Shown here in pieces: positions 37,584 to 49,292 of a stretch of 64,000 nt of DNA. Both the position numbers and the translations under genes were made by a program. Numbering within the stretch: the stretch's first letter is position 1; the number at the start of each line of letters is the position of its first letter. The notes beneath the pieces were generated by a model. The model saw only the letters and a program-made list of their open reading frames with translations. It did not search any database and was not told the origin of the DNA. The stretch spans positions 186,001 to 250,000 of the forward strand of contig NIVC01000561.1 in NCBI GenBank assembly GCA_002269645.1. The letters run 5' to 3'. The stretch is from Macrostomum lignano. Its lineage: Eukaryota.

Positions 37584-40500
37584 ATGAGTGCATCCGCACC
37601 GAACAGTTGCAAAGCTGCGGCCGCGGCCGCTGCCGAGCAGCTCAAGGTAGATTTCTTAGAATTATTAAACTCTGAGTTCTCGAGCGACCAGCAGACAAAC
37701 ATATCGGCCAGTTCCGTTGAGTCTGTTGCCGATCAACTATTGGCTAAAATGCCTCGGAGTACGGACGCTTCGGTTGCTATGGCTACAGCCGATGCAGTTG
37801 CTAAGGCTTTAAAATCGGCTCTGCGTAATTGGCTGCGCGAATATTTGAGCAGCCAATTACCGGCTAGGAGCTGCATCACTGCCAGACTGCAGCATTTGAG
37901 CGCTTCTCTTCTAGCCCTGGCTGACCGGTTCGGATTCAGATTTGCTGATCGAGAATTGAACCGAGCCATCGCCTGTGCCGAGTATCAGGCTGTGGCTTAT
38001 CGATTGGGCGTTTCTGACACTGCCGCATTGTCAGCAATTCACGGCCTGGCTGACTATCTGCGAGCAGTTGGCGGTGCTGCCGCTAGCGAGCCGAGTGTTA
38101 AGTAAGTCGTTTTTGTTTGTTTGCTTTTATTGCCTAGATTAGACTAGCTTTTTAGTAAATCTAGTAGTTACTATGGTGAGAGTTCTCAGCACATTTACTA
38201 TCCAATAAGTCAGCGGGTTCTTTGAAACTTTGAAACTTCACAATAGCAATCCCACCCGCTCAAGATTTGTGTCTCTTTTCTTCTCTCCTCTCTTATCTCT
38301 CCCTCTCCTCTCTTATCTCTCCCTCGCCTCTCTTATCTCTCCCTCGCCTCTCTTATCTCTCCCTCGTCTCTCTTATCTCTCCCTCGCCTCTCTTATCTCT
38401 CCCTCGTCTCTCTTATCTCTCCCTCGCCTCTCTTATCTCTCCCTCGCCTCTCTTATCTCTCCCTCGCCTCTCTTATCTCTCCTCTCTTATCTCTCCCTCG
38501 CCTCTCTTATCTCTCCCTCGCCTCTCTTATCTCTCCCTCGCCTCTCTTATCTCTCCCTCGCCTCTCTTATCTCTCCCTCGCCTTTCTTATCTCTCCCTCG
38601 CCTCTCTTATCTCTCCCTCGCCTCTCTTATCTCTCCCTCTCCCCTCTCCTTTTGTCTCTCCTCTCTCCTTTTGTCTCTCCTCTCTCTCCTCTCTTATCTC
38701 TCCTCTCCTCTCTCCTACTCTTATATGTCCCTCTCATCTCCTCCCCTCTCTCTCCCCTCTCTCCTCTCTTCCCTCTCATCTTATCTCTCCTCGATCCCCT
38801 CTCATCTTATCTCTCCCATCATACCTCTCTTATTTCTCTTCTCTCCACTCTTTCTATTCCTCTTTTCTCCCTCCCTCCTTTCTCTCTGCCTCCTCTCTCT
38901 TCCTCTTCTCTTCCACCTATTTTCTCGTCTTACATTTAGCTTCTCTCCTCCCATCTCTCGCCTCTCCTCTCCCCTCGTCTCTCATATTCTATTCCCTCTC
39001 CTTTCCCCTCTCATCTGGCCCGTAGCCATCATCTGGCCCCTGAGGTAAAGAAAAGCTTGCTGACCGACCCCTGCCCTAGGTGCTTTGAAAATCAATTCAT
39101 AATTTCTATAATTAGAATTTCAATAATTCCCCATCTGGCAGGCTTATCAGATCTTCCGAGCTGGACGCTCAAGCTATCAAAGAGCAACAAGAGCATCTGT
39201 CGCAGCGGCGTACTAACAAGCGGCAGAAAAAGGAGCAAAAGCAACAGAAGGAGCAGCAGTTAAAAAAGCGCCAGCAGCAGCAGCAGCCCAGCAGAAGATC
39301 CAAAGACGGCAAACAGGTGGCCATAACTGACAGCGACTCGTGGACTGATTCGCTCAGCAGTTTGTCCTCTGACAGCGACGCCACTCCAGGTGCGAACGGT
39401 AGTAAGAAAAAACACAAGACTAAGAAGCAGCAAAAGACTGCTGAGGCTGACAATAGTCGCGAATTGTCGTCTAGAAAGAGACGCAAAGAGCCGGAAAAGC
39501 CGCCGTTGTTGCCTGTGAAAGTTGCCGAGGCTGCGCCAGTGGAAGACAGCAGTAAGCGAAGGAAACAGGATGAAGTGTTGGTTAAAGAAGAGCCAGCGGC
39601 AGCAGCGCCTGCGGGCAGCGTTAGACAGTCTTTGTTCAGCGCTCTGAGAAATGCGCCGTCGTCAGCGAGCAATTGCGATGGCGCTTCCAGCAGCGGCAGC
39701 GCCAGCAAAGCGGAGAGCTGCGCTAATGAGCCTGTTGTGGCCAAACAGGTCAAGGCGAGGCAGGAGCGCAAGCCATCCTCTTCGCCTGAACGGCCAAAGA
39801 GGCAGCAAGCAACTTTGGAGAAGCAACAAAGACCAGCTGTTGCTGTTGCTGCGGCGCAGAAGCAGCAAGCTGAAAGAAAACCGGAACAAAGACGGCCTCT
39901 TCCACAGCCGCCGCAGCAGCCACAGTCAAGTCGGCCGTCGATAGAGAAACCGCTACCACAACCGCCGCAGCAGCAGCAACAACAGTCGCAAAGACTTCAG
40001 GAGCAGTCTGCTCGGTCTTCGGAACAAAGACCGCCACTGCAGCAGCAGCAATCTAGTCGATCGTCGGAGCAAAGCCCTCTACAGCCGCAGCAGTCAGAAC
40101 AAAGACCTCAGGAGCAATCTGGTCGTTCCTTACAGCAAATAACTCCACCACAACCGCAGCAGAAGCAGCAGCAGGAGTCGCAAAAACCTCAAGACCAGTC
40201 AAGACCAGAACCGCAGCAGAAGCAATCGGAGCAACAAAGACCGCAACAAGAGTCAATGCTTAATTCCGCAAAGCCGGATCAGCAGCCTACTGCAGCGCCC
40301 ACCGTCCGCCTGGTCTGCCTGGGCAACGATCCATTCGTAACCCTTGACGCTAGCAAGTCCACGCTGAGTTCCAGCGGATTCGACAATAAATTTGTCAACC
40401 AAATGTGGGGCAGCGCCTACGGCTCGCACGGTATCGCCGAGGGCAAGGCCTACTTTGAGCTCACTAGAGTTGACAACGGTCAGGATCGGTCATTGTTCCG

Positions 40501-43474
40501 CATCGGTTGGACTTTGGCGCCAAAATCGAATCGCCAATTTTTGCCAGGCGGTGCTGCGTTCAGCTGGGCCTACTCGTCCACTGGCCGCGTGCTCGTTGAA
40601 GGCGACTGTCAGCCAGCGCCCGACGGTGTCGGCACTTGCGGACCGGGCGACTCAGTGAGCTTCTGGCCTGATGTTTCAATCATAGGGAGTTGCCTTGCAG
40701 TTGTAAAGAAACAGTTAAACAAATACTACAGATGGAACTGTGGATCCTAGTCTAGGCTAAAGTTAAGATAAAGATCCTGAGAGTATTTGGTTGTAACTCT
40801 GGACTAGACAGCCAACTACCTTTACTCGAAAGTCCCGTAAACCGTTTTAACTTAACACGACACTGGATTAAAACTACTAATAGTAGTTGTGCACCGCGTG
40901 TTCACCTGAGTGCCTGCCTCTACATGGGCACAGGTGTACAGTGTGCATTAGAGGCACAATAGGTGAACAAAATGTGCACATTAGGTGCAACTTAGGCGTA
41001 GAAGCAATGCAAGGGGCGTGTTCCCACTCTCTAAAGTTCTTTGTATCCTTCTTTGAAAGTCATTGGAACTTATCAGTATAGGAAAAGTTATGCACCTGCG
41101 TAGGCATAAAAGGTGAGCAAGGTGCACAAAAGAGGCACTACAGTGGCCTAGTTCGTGCGTGTTTTGGAAATTTGGAAACCTATTTACGCCGTACATTTAT
41201 ACCTTACGCACATCTAATTCATGTGACTAAAACATCAAGCTACGTGTTAATCTCAGATTCTAAATTGTTGTCAACCCACTTCCCTCCCCTACTCCGCAGG
41301 TAGCCGTATCCATAGAAATCAGCCGAGTCGGCTCGGACTCCGCCCAGGCGCAATTCTCTCTGGCCGTCATACCGCGCCATCTCGATCGCGGCGAGCGTCG
41401 CTGCCAGCAGACTTTCACTCTTTGCTACAACCTGCAGCCGGACACCGAGGAGTGGGCCAACGCCTGGTTCCCTCACGTGGCCATTCTGAACGCCAGCGTC
41501 GAGGTCAATCTTGGCCGAGTGTCGCCGCTGTCTAGCAGGCAGCCAGGCTACCGGCTGCTGTCCCATCGGCCGAGAAGTGCGCTGTGCAGTTTGGCCGATG
41601 CTGACCCCGCGTTTGGCTCCTTGCCAGCCGCGGCCGCTGCCACAGACAGACCGGATGTTCTGTTCTGCGTCGGTTTGCCATTTACTGGCAAAACTGAATT
41701 TGTAGAGACTTATCGGAAGCAGATTGGCCTGGCTAAGTCTGTGTGTTTGAGCATCGACGCATTGGCCGACGCCTGTCTGGTGCCGGAGCTGGGCGACAGC
41801 ATGGATAAGTCCGACACTAGAGAGAGAATTGGTCGCTACCTGCTCAACAATTGCTCAGAGATCCTGTTCGCCTTAGCCACTTTCGCCATGCAGCACAGGC
41901 TGGATGTGATCATGGACATGTGCAACGCCTCTCCATTCACCAGGCGCCTCCGGCTTAACCTATTTCGACCGGCTGGCTACGCCTCCAAAGCTATTATCTT
42001 CTGTCCCGGCCCGAAAACTGAAGCCGGCTTCCGGCAGAAATCCTTGGCTAGATTAGGCCTCAAGGAGCCTTGCGGAGCTTATTATCAGCTGGCTGCTAAT
42101 TTAGTTTATCCTCGGCTGTATCAGGCTAGCCAAGCCGCTTCCGCCTCAGCTGCGGCGTCTGCTACATCTAGCGACTTGTTTGACGATGTCCGGTCCTACT
42201 GCGACATTCCCCAGTCGATGCTGAACGATCGCCAGACTGACATCAATGCCGAAGCCGCGTCTAGAGGTTTCACTCCGCAGCCGGAGGAGGAACTGGACGA
42301 GGTGCTGCTTGAAGTGTGCCAGAAATTCGGATTAGATTACGTGGCCGAGTCTTGCGCCGATGAAGCTGTTCAACCAAGTGTAGAGACTGCGCCTGACCCA
42401 GCTAAGAAACCAGCGCCAGAGCACAGCCCAGCCACAGATTCTCGGCGCTCCAGTCAGGACCGACGCGACTGCGCGCCTCATCTGCCCCAGCCTACTCAGC
42501 AACACCAGCATCGGCCTCATCTCGAGCACAGACTCGAAGCATCCGCCTTGTCCCACGATCGCCACCGCGACCCGGCCAGATCCAGGCGATCCTTGGATGG
42601 CGACCGGGAGCGTAGTCGAGAATCGAATCGGTCGCATCATTCGCAGCATTCTTCTTATCGATCGCATCACTCCCGATCGAGATCCCGATCGCGCGACATT
42701 GCTCATCATCTTCAGCATCATCAGCGTCCACCGCCACCACCGCCAGTGCGTCCGCATCCTCCTCTGCCGTCTGCGTCGCATCGAGATCGTCGATTCGAAT
42801 CGTCGTCGTCAAGCTCAGCTAGCGGTTACCATGGCAACGATCGATGGAGAAGCAGCAGTCGCGGAGACGGTGCTACAATCGATAGGAAACCGCTGCCCAC
42901 TGTTATCGGCAACAGTATTAGCAGCGGCAGTAGGAGTAGCCATGGTACATCTTTCAATCATAGAAGCTTGTCAAGAACAGCCGAGGTTCGCGATCGAGAT
43001 TTTGATCGTCGACGCCAGTCGTCATCCTCGGCTGCTGCAGACCGGTCAGAGCCGTCTCTGGATCATTTCTATTCGCAGGCACATCTGGGCAGCAGGATAC
43101 CTCAAGTTGCTCCGTACGGGCATGACAGGAGCAGTAGCAGCATCAACAGCAACAGTGGCGGCCTTAGCTCTCTGCGGCCATATCAGCATCGAAATAATCC
43201 GGCATTCTTCTCGTCCTCAGCGTCGCCAAGGCAACCGCCGCCGCCGCCGCAGCAGCCAGCAATCGGAGCCATCGGTGCCATGTCGGCAGCTAACAAGCGG
43301 ACGGGCCAGTCTCTATGGGAGAAGCTGCATCCGCCCCCGGTTGCTTCCGGCTACGCCGCTGCCAGTCAGCCGCAGCGGCAGCCCGAGCTCGAGACCGCAG
43401 CCAGCTACCACGCTCGATCGCTTTTACCTTCGCCGTCTGCTCCAGCAGCTGCTGCTAATCGAGAAAACTTCTGA
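37584..43474 (+). CDS. hnRNP U/SAF-A-family protein, paralog 2 (unknown helical N-terminus, K/Q-rich linker, SPRY, P-loop, RS/H-rich C-terminus), ~1401 aa
   Basis: Phase-consistent model join(37584..38101,39142..40654,41300..43474) = 4206 nt. SPRY (MWGSAYGSHGIAEGKAYFEL...FRIGWTL...FSWAYSSTG...WFPHVAILNASVEVNLG); Walker A GLPFTGKT; VIMDMCN; ANLVYP. Confidence 0.83.
38215..39078 (-). mobile_element. hAT-like MITE family copy (CT-rich interior with a 20-bp tandem unit) in intron 1 of paralog 2
   Basis: The ends are reverse complements of the family termini (ttgaaacttcacaatagcaatc...; atctggcccctgagg...ccgacccctg). Confidence 0.6.
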
Positions 43475-44310
43475 AATATTGACAGAGATGACGCTGAAAG
43501 GCGAAAATTTAATCTTCAAAACTATAACTATTTCAGTACCCATGTGGACTGGACTAAATCATTTTTAGTTCGCATTTATATGAACTTTCGTGTCTCTTTG
43601 CTAAAAAATCCAGTCTGTAAGCTGACTGATTCGAAACTGTATTTACATTTGCTCCTGTCAGCAGTCTGTAGTGATTATTATTTTTGTACAAGCTCACTGC
43701 TGCCAGTTTTGCTGAGACTGTTTGTCTTGTGTAGTTATATAATCAAACACAACTATTAATCCTAATAAATATAGTGGTTCAAGACTGCCAGCTTGTGATT
43801 ATCCGTCATCCTGTTGTTTAATTTGGAACAGCTATGGTCTGTTGAAATCTCAGTTGAGAGTTGAAGTGTTCTGTCTGTTTTTTGTTCAGTTTTTTGGGTT
43901 ATTAAACTCGTAAAATCCAAAATAATTGCGTCAGGTGCCAACAACAACCCTCCTGAGAAATATCAAGCGCTGGACGTGTTGCTCTCCGCAACCGCAACTC
44001 AGTCCGTCACTGATCGTCCATATTTTTGTGCTTTTTTGTGCATGAAGACTACAACGCGTAGTGAGAACTTCGTTTCTTGTCTTCTCCCTAGCTAGGCTCG
44101 CACTCGCGTTTTTCGCTGGTAAATTAAACGTAGATACAAAAATTGACTGCTTAGAAAGAACTGATAAAGAAAGGCCTAAAAACTCGAACATGTAGTTTTT
44201 TCTGACTGCACTGGCCTGATTACTTCTGCTGGTACAACAAGGTACAATAAAGATTAGGGCTTTATTTTTAATCCAAGCCTGAAGCAGCAAGAGGCCGCAA
44301 AAGACGAGAC

Positions 44311-47300
44311 ATGGCGTGTAGAAGTCTGCACACGGCATCATCGAGTTCGCAGTTGGAGACTGTGGCTGATTTAATCAGAGCCGGGGCAGATCTTGACGAG
44401 CAGACGCCCGACGGCAGTTTCACACCCCTGCACTTGGCCGTGTATCACGGCAACGACAAAGTAGTTGCTACCCTGATCCGAGCCGGCTGCAATGTTGACT
44501 TGCCAGACACTGCCGGATTTACCCCGGTGCACACAGCCGTTCTGAAAGGTCGCACCGCTATTCTCCGACAGCTGGTCAAGGCCGGAGCCAATCTAAACAC
44601 GCACTGCTGCATGGGCAACACTCCGCTGCTCGCGGCCATCTCTCAGCGAAGAATCGCCGCGTTCAAGGCGCTGCTCGAAGCGCAAGTCGACGTTAATCAG
44701 TGCTGTTCTGATGTGTCAGCATCGGCGTCGCCTCTTTTCGCTGCAACTCTCGGTGGAGACCAAGAATTTGTAAAGCGCCTGGTAGAAGCTGGCGCGTCCA
44801 TCAATTTCCAGCAGCCAAACAACGGACTGACAGCTTTGCACGCCGCTGCTTTAACTGGCAATGCGAAACTCGTCAACTATCTGGTGGGCGTAGGCGCAGA
44901 AGCTGGGCTGGCGAACTTTCAAGGCATCACGGCCGCTAATATGGCCGACATGCGGGGCGATCACCGGGTTGCTGCCCGGCTTAACCTTGCCGACACAGAG
45001 CCAACGGTCTCAGACTCGGACCCGGCTGATCATGCTGAAGAACCCACAACCGAATCACTTCCTGGTGACAAAGGACTCGAAGAACTTCGTGAATTCAGCG
45101 TCACATTGTCCAATGCAATGTGCGCGGCCGGCTTCAAAGCCTTGAACGCCAGTTTGCAAAGCGGTGCTGCATTAGTCTTGCAAGACATCCTTCGAAGGTA
45201 CTATGGTACTGAAGATCTGTACGTGTTTGGAAGCTTCTCAGACGGATGGGGCAGCTGCTTGAGGACCTTGAATGGCAGAATCAGCCGTGACTCCGACATT
45301 GACGTCACTGTGTTTCAGCCCGAAGCTCCACTCTGTTTGCGTGCCATGGATTCTGCTTTTTTCGCCGACTGCAACAACTGCAGGCACCTGGAAGTCGAAT
45401 ACGTTGACGGGCACGCTCGCTATGGAATCGATGGTAGGAATTAATTACTAGTACATGTAGCTCAAAGGTTTACCGATAATTTTTTAGCAAACTTGTATCT
45501 TATATCTGACGACGTACATTATTTCGCTTTTTAGCCTCGGGTCCCAATGCAGCTCTGCTCGCAAACTACCCGCTGATTACTGCAATAGACTTAATCAAGG
45601 CTTTAAGATGCTGCCGCTATCCCCGCATCGAGCTGTTGCAGCCCGACTACAGAAACCGGAAGTGTCAGACAACTGAGATGCCTCAGCGCATTCTGCAGCA
45701 ACTCAGAGACGAGGCTCTCGGCGACTCTCCAAAGTGCCACGCGGTCGTTGCGGCACCTCCAGACGAGCCTCCCGGCAGCTGCATGCGGGTGAGCACAACC
45801 CTGCTGGAGAGAGCCGTCATGCACAGCCTCACCACGGTGCAGGGCCAGTTCTTCATCCTTCTAAAGTTCCTCATCAAGAAGGTGATCAGCAGTCGAGTGA
45901 GCGGTCTGAAGACGTACATGGCCAAGAACCTGCTGTTCTACATGCTCGACGAAACACCGGCAGCGGACTGGGAGCCGCAGAACTTGCTGGAACTCGTGCG
46001 GCAGTCTCTGCAGCTGCTGGTTGAGATGATGGAGAGCTCAGACTCCGAGCATGTTTGCATGAAGCACTTCTTCCTGCGCGATGCCAATGTGTACTTTAAG
46101 AAAGATCACGACTTGCAGAGTGTCATTATTGACTGTGTGCAAGCAACAAGCCGAAAACTGTTGGTAGTGACGAAAGACTTTAAAGACTCGTTGCGAGACA
46201 ACACGTCCAACGTGATTCAGTTCCACCCGTTTTACTACGCAGCTCAGCTCATCCGGAGCGTTGGCACTACACATTCGGGTTACTTTTCAATCTTACCTTT
46301 GGTGAAGGACTGCATCGTGAGACTAGGAAGCGGCTTCACAGAATCCACAAAGGAGCAACAGTTGGAAGATTTGCTTCATCAAATAAACAAACTTCCTGAA
46401 CCGTCGGCAAAAACAACAAAAGAATGCTTGAAATTTTTGGCCTATTTAAAATTCGGAGTACCTTTGAACAGTAGCAACGTTAGTTTGGCGAGCTCAGCCA
46501 GTCCCGGGATCCCCTGCGCCATTGGATGCCGAAGCCAAGACGTCGACGAACGAAAACTGACCGCAGAGTCGGCCAAGCAGATGGTGTGGAGCCATCTCAG
46601 CAGCAACGACTCAGCCTGGAAGTTCGGCCTCTTGCTCAGACGTGACATTCGTCTGGACTTTCTGCCGTCCGACCTGACGGATCTTATCACCAAGAAAACT
46701 GGAGGCGTTAGCGTCGATGCATCCTACTACTTTTTAGACTTCTCGGCTCTTTGCGAGGCACTTAAAGCGCTTTACCTGGACTCGCTAGGTGTCCCAGCTG
46801 CCTGTGCTCCGCTGATGCGCAGCGGCATGTCCGATTTCTATGAGGTTGACCTGCTGCCCCAGGATCAAGGCACCGCTGCAGCTGGCGGTGTTGCCCCGGC
46901 TCCGCTTCCGGATTTGTCTGTGCAGTTTGGAGCTCTGAAGATGGTGCGTCTTTGGCAGCAGCTGAGCTGAGCTTAGTTGACATAATTAAAAGATTAGCTA
47001 ACTTTAGGACTTTTGACTTTAGATAAGAGAGGAGAGGAGTGGGAAGAGAAGGGAAGATGAGGGGACAAAAGAGAGAATAATGAAGAGGAGAATGGAGAGA
47101 GGAAGGGGAGAGAGGAGAGAGGCGAGATGAGAGATGAGAGGTTAGATGAGGGGAGAGAGGAGAGAAGGGATAGGCGACCCCGGAGGAGCAAAGATAGGCG
47201 ACTTGAGAAGAGACTCAAGCGGGCCAGATTGCTATTAATTGTGAAGTTTCATGGATCCGAGGGCCGGATAGAGAGGGCTTCGCGGGACGCATGTTTGCCG

Positions 47301-47762
47301 ACCCCTGAAGTAGACTATGCGACTCCGCACTGTCGGGTATTAAGTTAGGCACTAAAACAGATCATCATATTCACTATCTAATCTAACAAATAAAAAGCTT
47401 TTCTCACGCGGCAGGGACTTATTTTCCGTTCTTATGCAATTTTTACAGCCAGACAGCTGGGCACTGACCGACGACAACGAAGACTTGCGTCACTACATCC
47501 GGGATGTTCAAGGAATTTTGACTGACGCGTTCGCGGCCAACCCGAGCGCGCTTTGCCAGTTCGCTGAGGCTGCGCAGCAGGTGGTGAGAAGAACCGAAGT
47601 AAATGCACTTTTAAGTAAAGAATTTGTAAGTACAAAATGTCCCTAAATTGTTTACCATTCCAGCCAGAAATTGTAGAATTTGTGCAGAGAGGATTTTTAC
47701 CGGCCGACTCAACAACAAGCGCTGATGTTGCTGACCAGCTTGAAGAGGATGACTTGGATTAA
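44311..47762 (+). CDS. ankyrin-repeat + Mab-21/cGAS-like nucleotidyltransferase (cGLR family), ~935 aa
   Basis: Phase-consistent model join(44311..45433,45535..46943,47449..47625,47664..47762) = 2808 nt; AATAAA near 47906. About 6-7 ankyrin repeats (TPLHLA, TPVHTA, TPLLAA, SPLFAA, TALHAA); NTase FGSFSDG...DSDIDV; third Asp in IDLIKALRCCRYP; Mab-21 helical motifs MRVSTTLLE, FILLKFL, KTYMAKNLLF, MKHFFLRDANV. Without the last two introns the frame would end at 46970. Confidence 0.85.
46990..47307 (+). mobile_element. hAT-like MITE family copy inside intron 2 of the cGLR gene
   Basis: GA-rich interior plus the family 3' end ending in ttgccgacccctg; the 5' end is degenerate. Confidence 0.55.
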
Positions 47763-49292
47763 ATTTCACGGCGATCTGAACGTTGATAAATTTTTGTTGG
47801 TGGCCAAAGTTTTATATTTGACAGACTTTTGATTAACCGCACATAATGACAATTAAAATCAATTTAGTTAGACTTTGATTTAACAATATTGTTTTTATTT
47901 TTAACAATAAATAAACTGTGAAACACATTCGAGCTTATATTGAATAGCTTGTGCACGTTTTGACAAGTTTCCGTTGAAAAGTACATTGCTGACTTTGCCG
48001 GCTTTTAAAAATGCTACTATAGATTTAAAAAAACATATTTTGTTAATAACATACTTAAGTAATGACAAAAAATCACAAATATCGCCCTAATTGGATTAGG
48101 ATCAAAGTTTCTTGACACACTGGTCTTGACACACTGGGGCCTCTAGTGATAATTAATAATTAAATTATAATAATTAATATTATAATTTTTACCGCATACG
48201 AATGAGCAAGGCGTAACGATATGAGCGATGGAAAATTGATAACAAAATATCGCGCATCCATTTGAAGCATATGAAAGGAGCTCTTTTTATTGGATTTTTT
48301 ATTATTTCTGTCTAGAAGTGTTCCGACACTTTCCCTAGTTTGTTTCTTTTGTTTCAGAATGCAGCTTATAAAATCATTTAAAAGTTGTAAAGAAAAACTG
48401 TATTATTTAAAATAGCGTTATCACAGAGACGAGAGTAGATGATTGTGCTTTAATCCCGATCAGCGACATGATTTATTGTAAAAAAGGGGTCAGATTCTTT
48501 CAAACAGTTTCGTAGAAACCCAGACTTCTGATTTTATGGCAGTTCTAATCTTCATTTTTGACAATACAATTATGCTCTGTTGGCTCCAAACGAACGCAGA
48601 AGTCGTTTAAAACGAAAAAGATAAATTGCACTAAATACATTTCAAGAATTGACAGAAATGAAATTGGCCATGTTTTGCGTAATATGAGCCGATTATAAAT
48701 ATTTATAACAATAACAATAAGTTGCACTACTGCATGCATGCTACTAGTTGGCTAATAAATTTTTCCTCAGTAGTATGTAACGTACGATGAGAGGCACAAT
48801 GATATCGACAGAGCGACAAAGTCCGTGACACCTTTAAAGTAAAAGTAATCGTATTTGCTGTAGGCACAATTTGCTGGGCTTATTTGTTTAGCCAAAATTT
48901 AGCTTTAAAATTTGTCTCTAGTTCAAACTAGTTGCCTTCGCAGAAGTTAATAAGTAGACTGATTAAATTGCTTTAAAGTACAAATATATGCATTTACAAT
49001 AGCCAAGCTTATTGTACTTACGACTCTTCCCATCTGATCCCATGTACCTTTTACGCTGGACTCAGTGGTGGCGCTGGATTGGCGCTAAAATCTAGACTGC
49101 GGCGCTAAAATCTAGACTCACCTATATGAGTACATACTGTATAATTTCTTTCGATTTTTAGAACTTTTATCCTTCATTTTTCGAACTATGCAGTGACTGC
49201 ACTTTTCGTTCACAGGCATCACCAGCAGATTGTCACACCTATTAACTCTTGTTTATCATACATGCTTGACATACAGTTTACCATGTAGTCTT

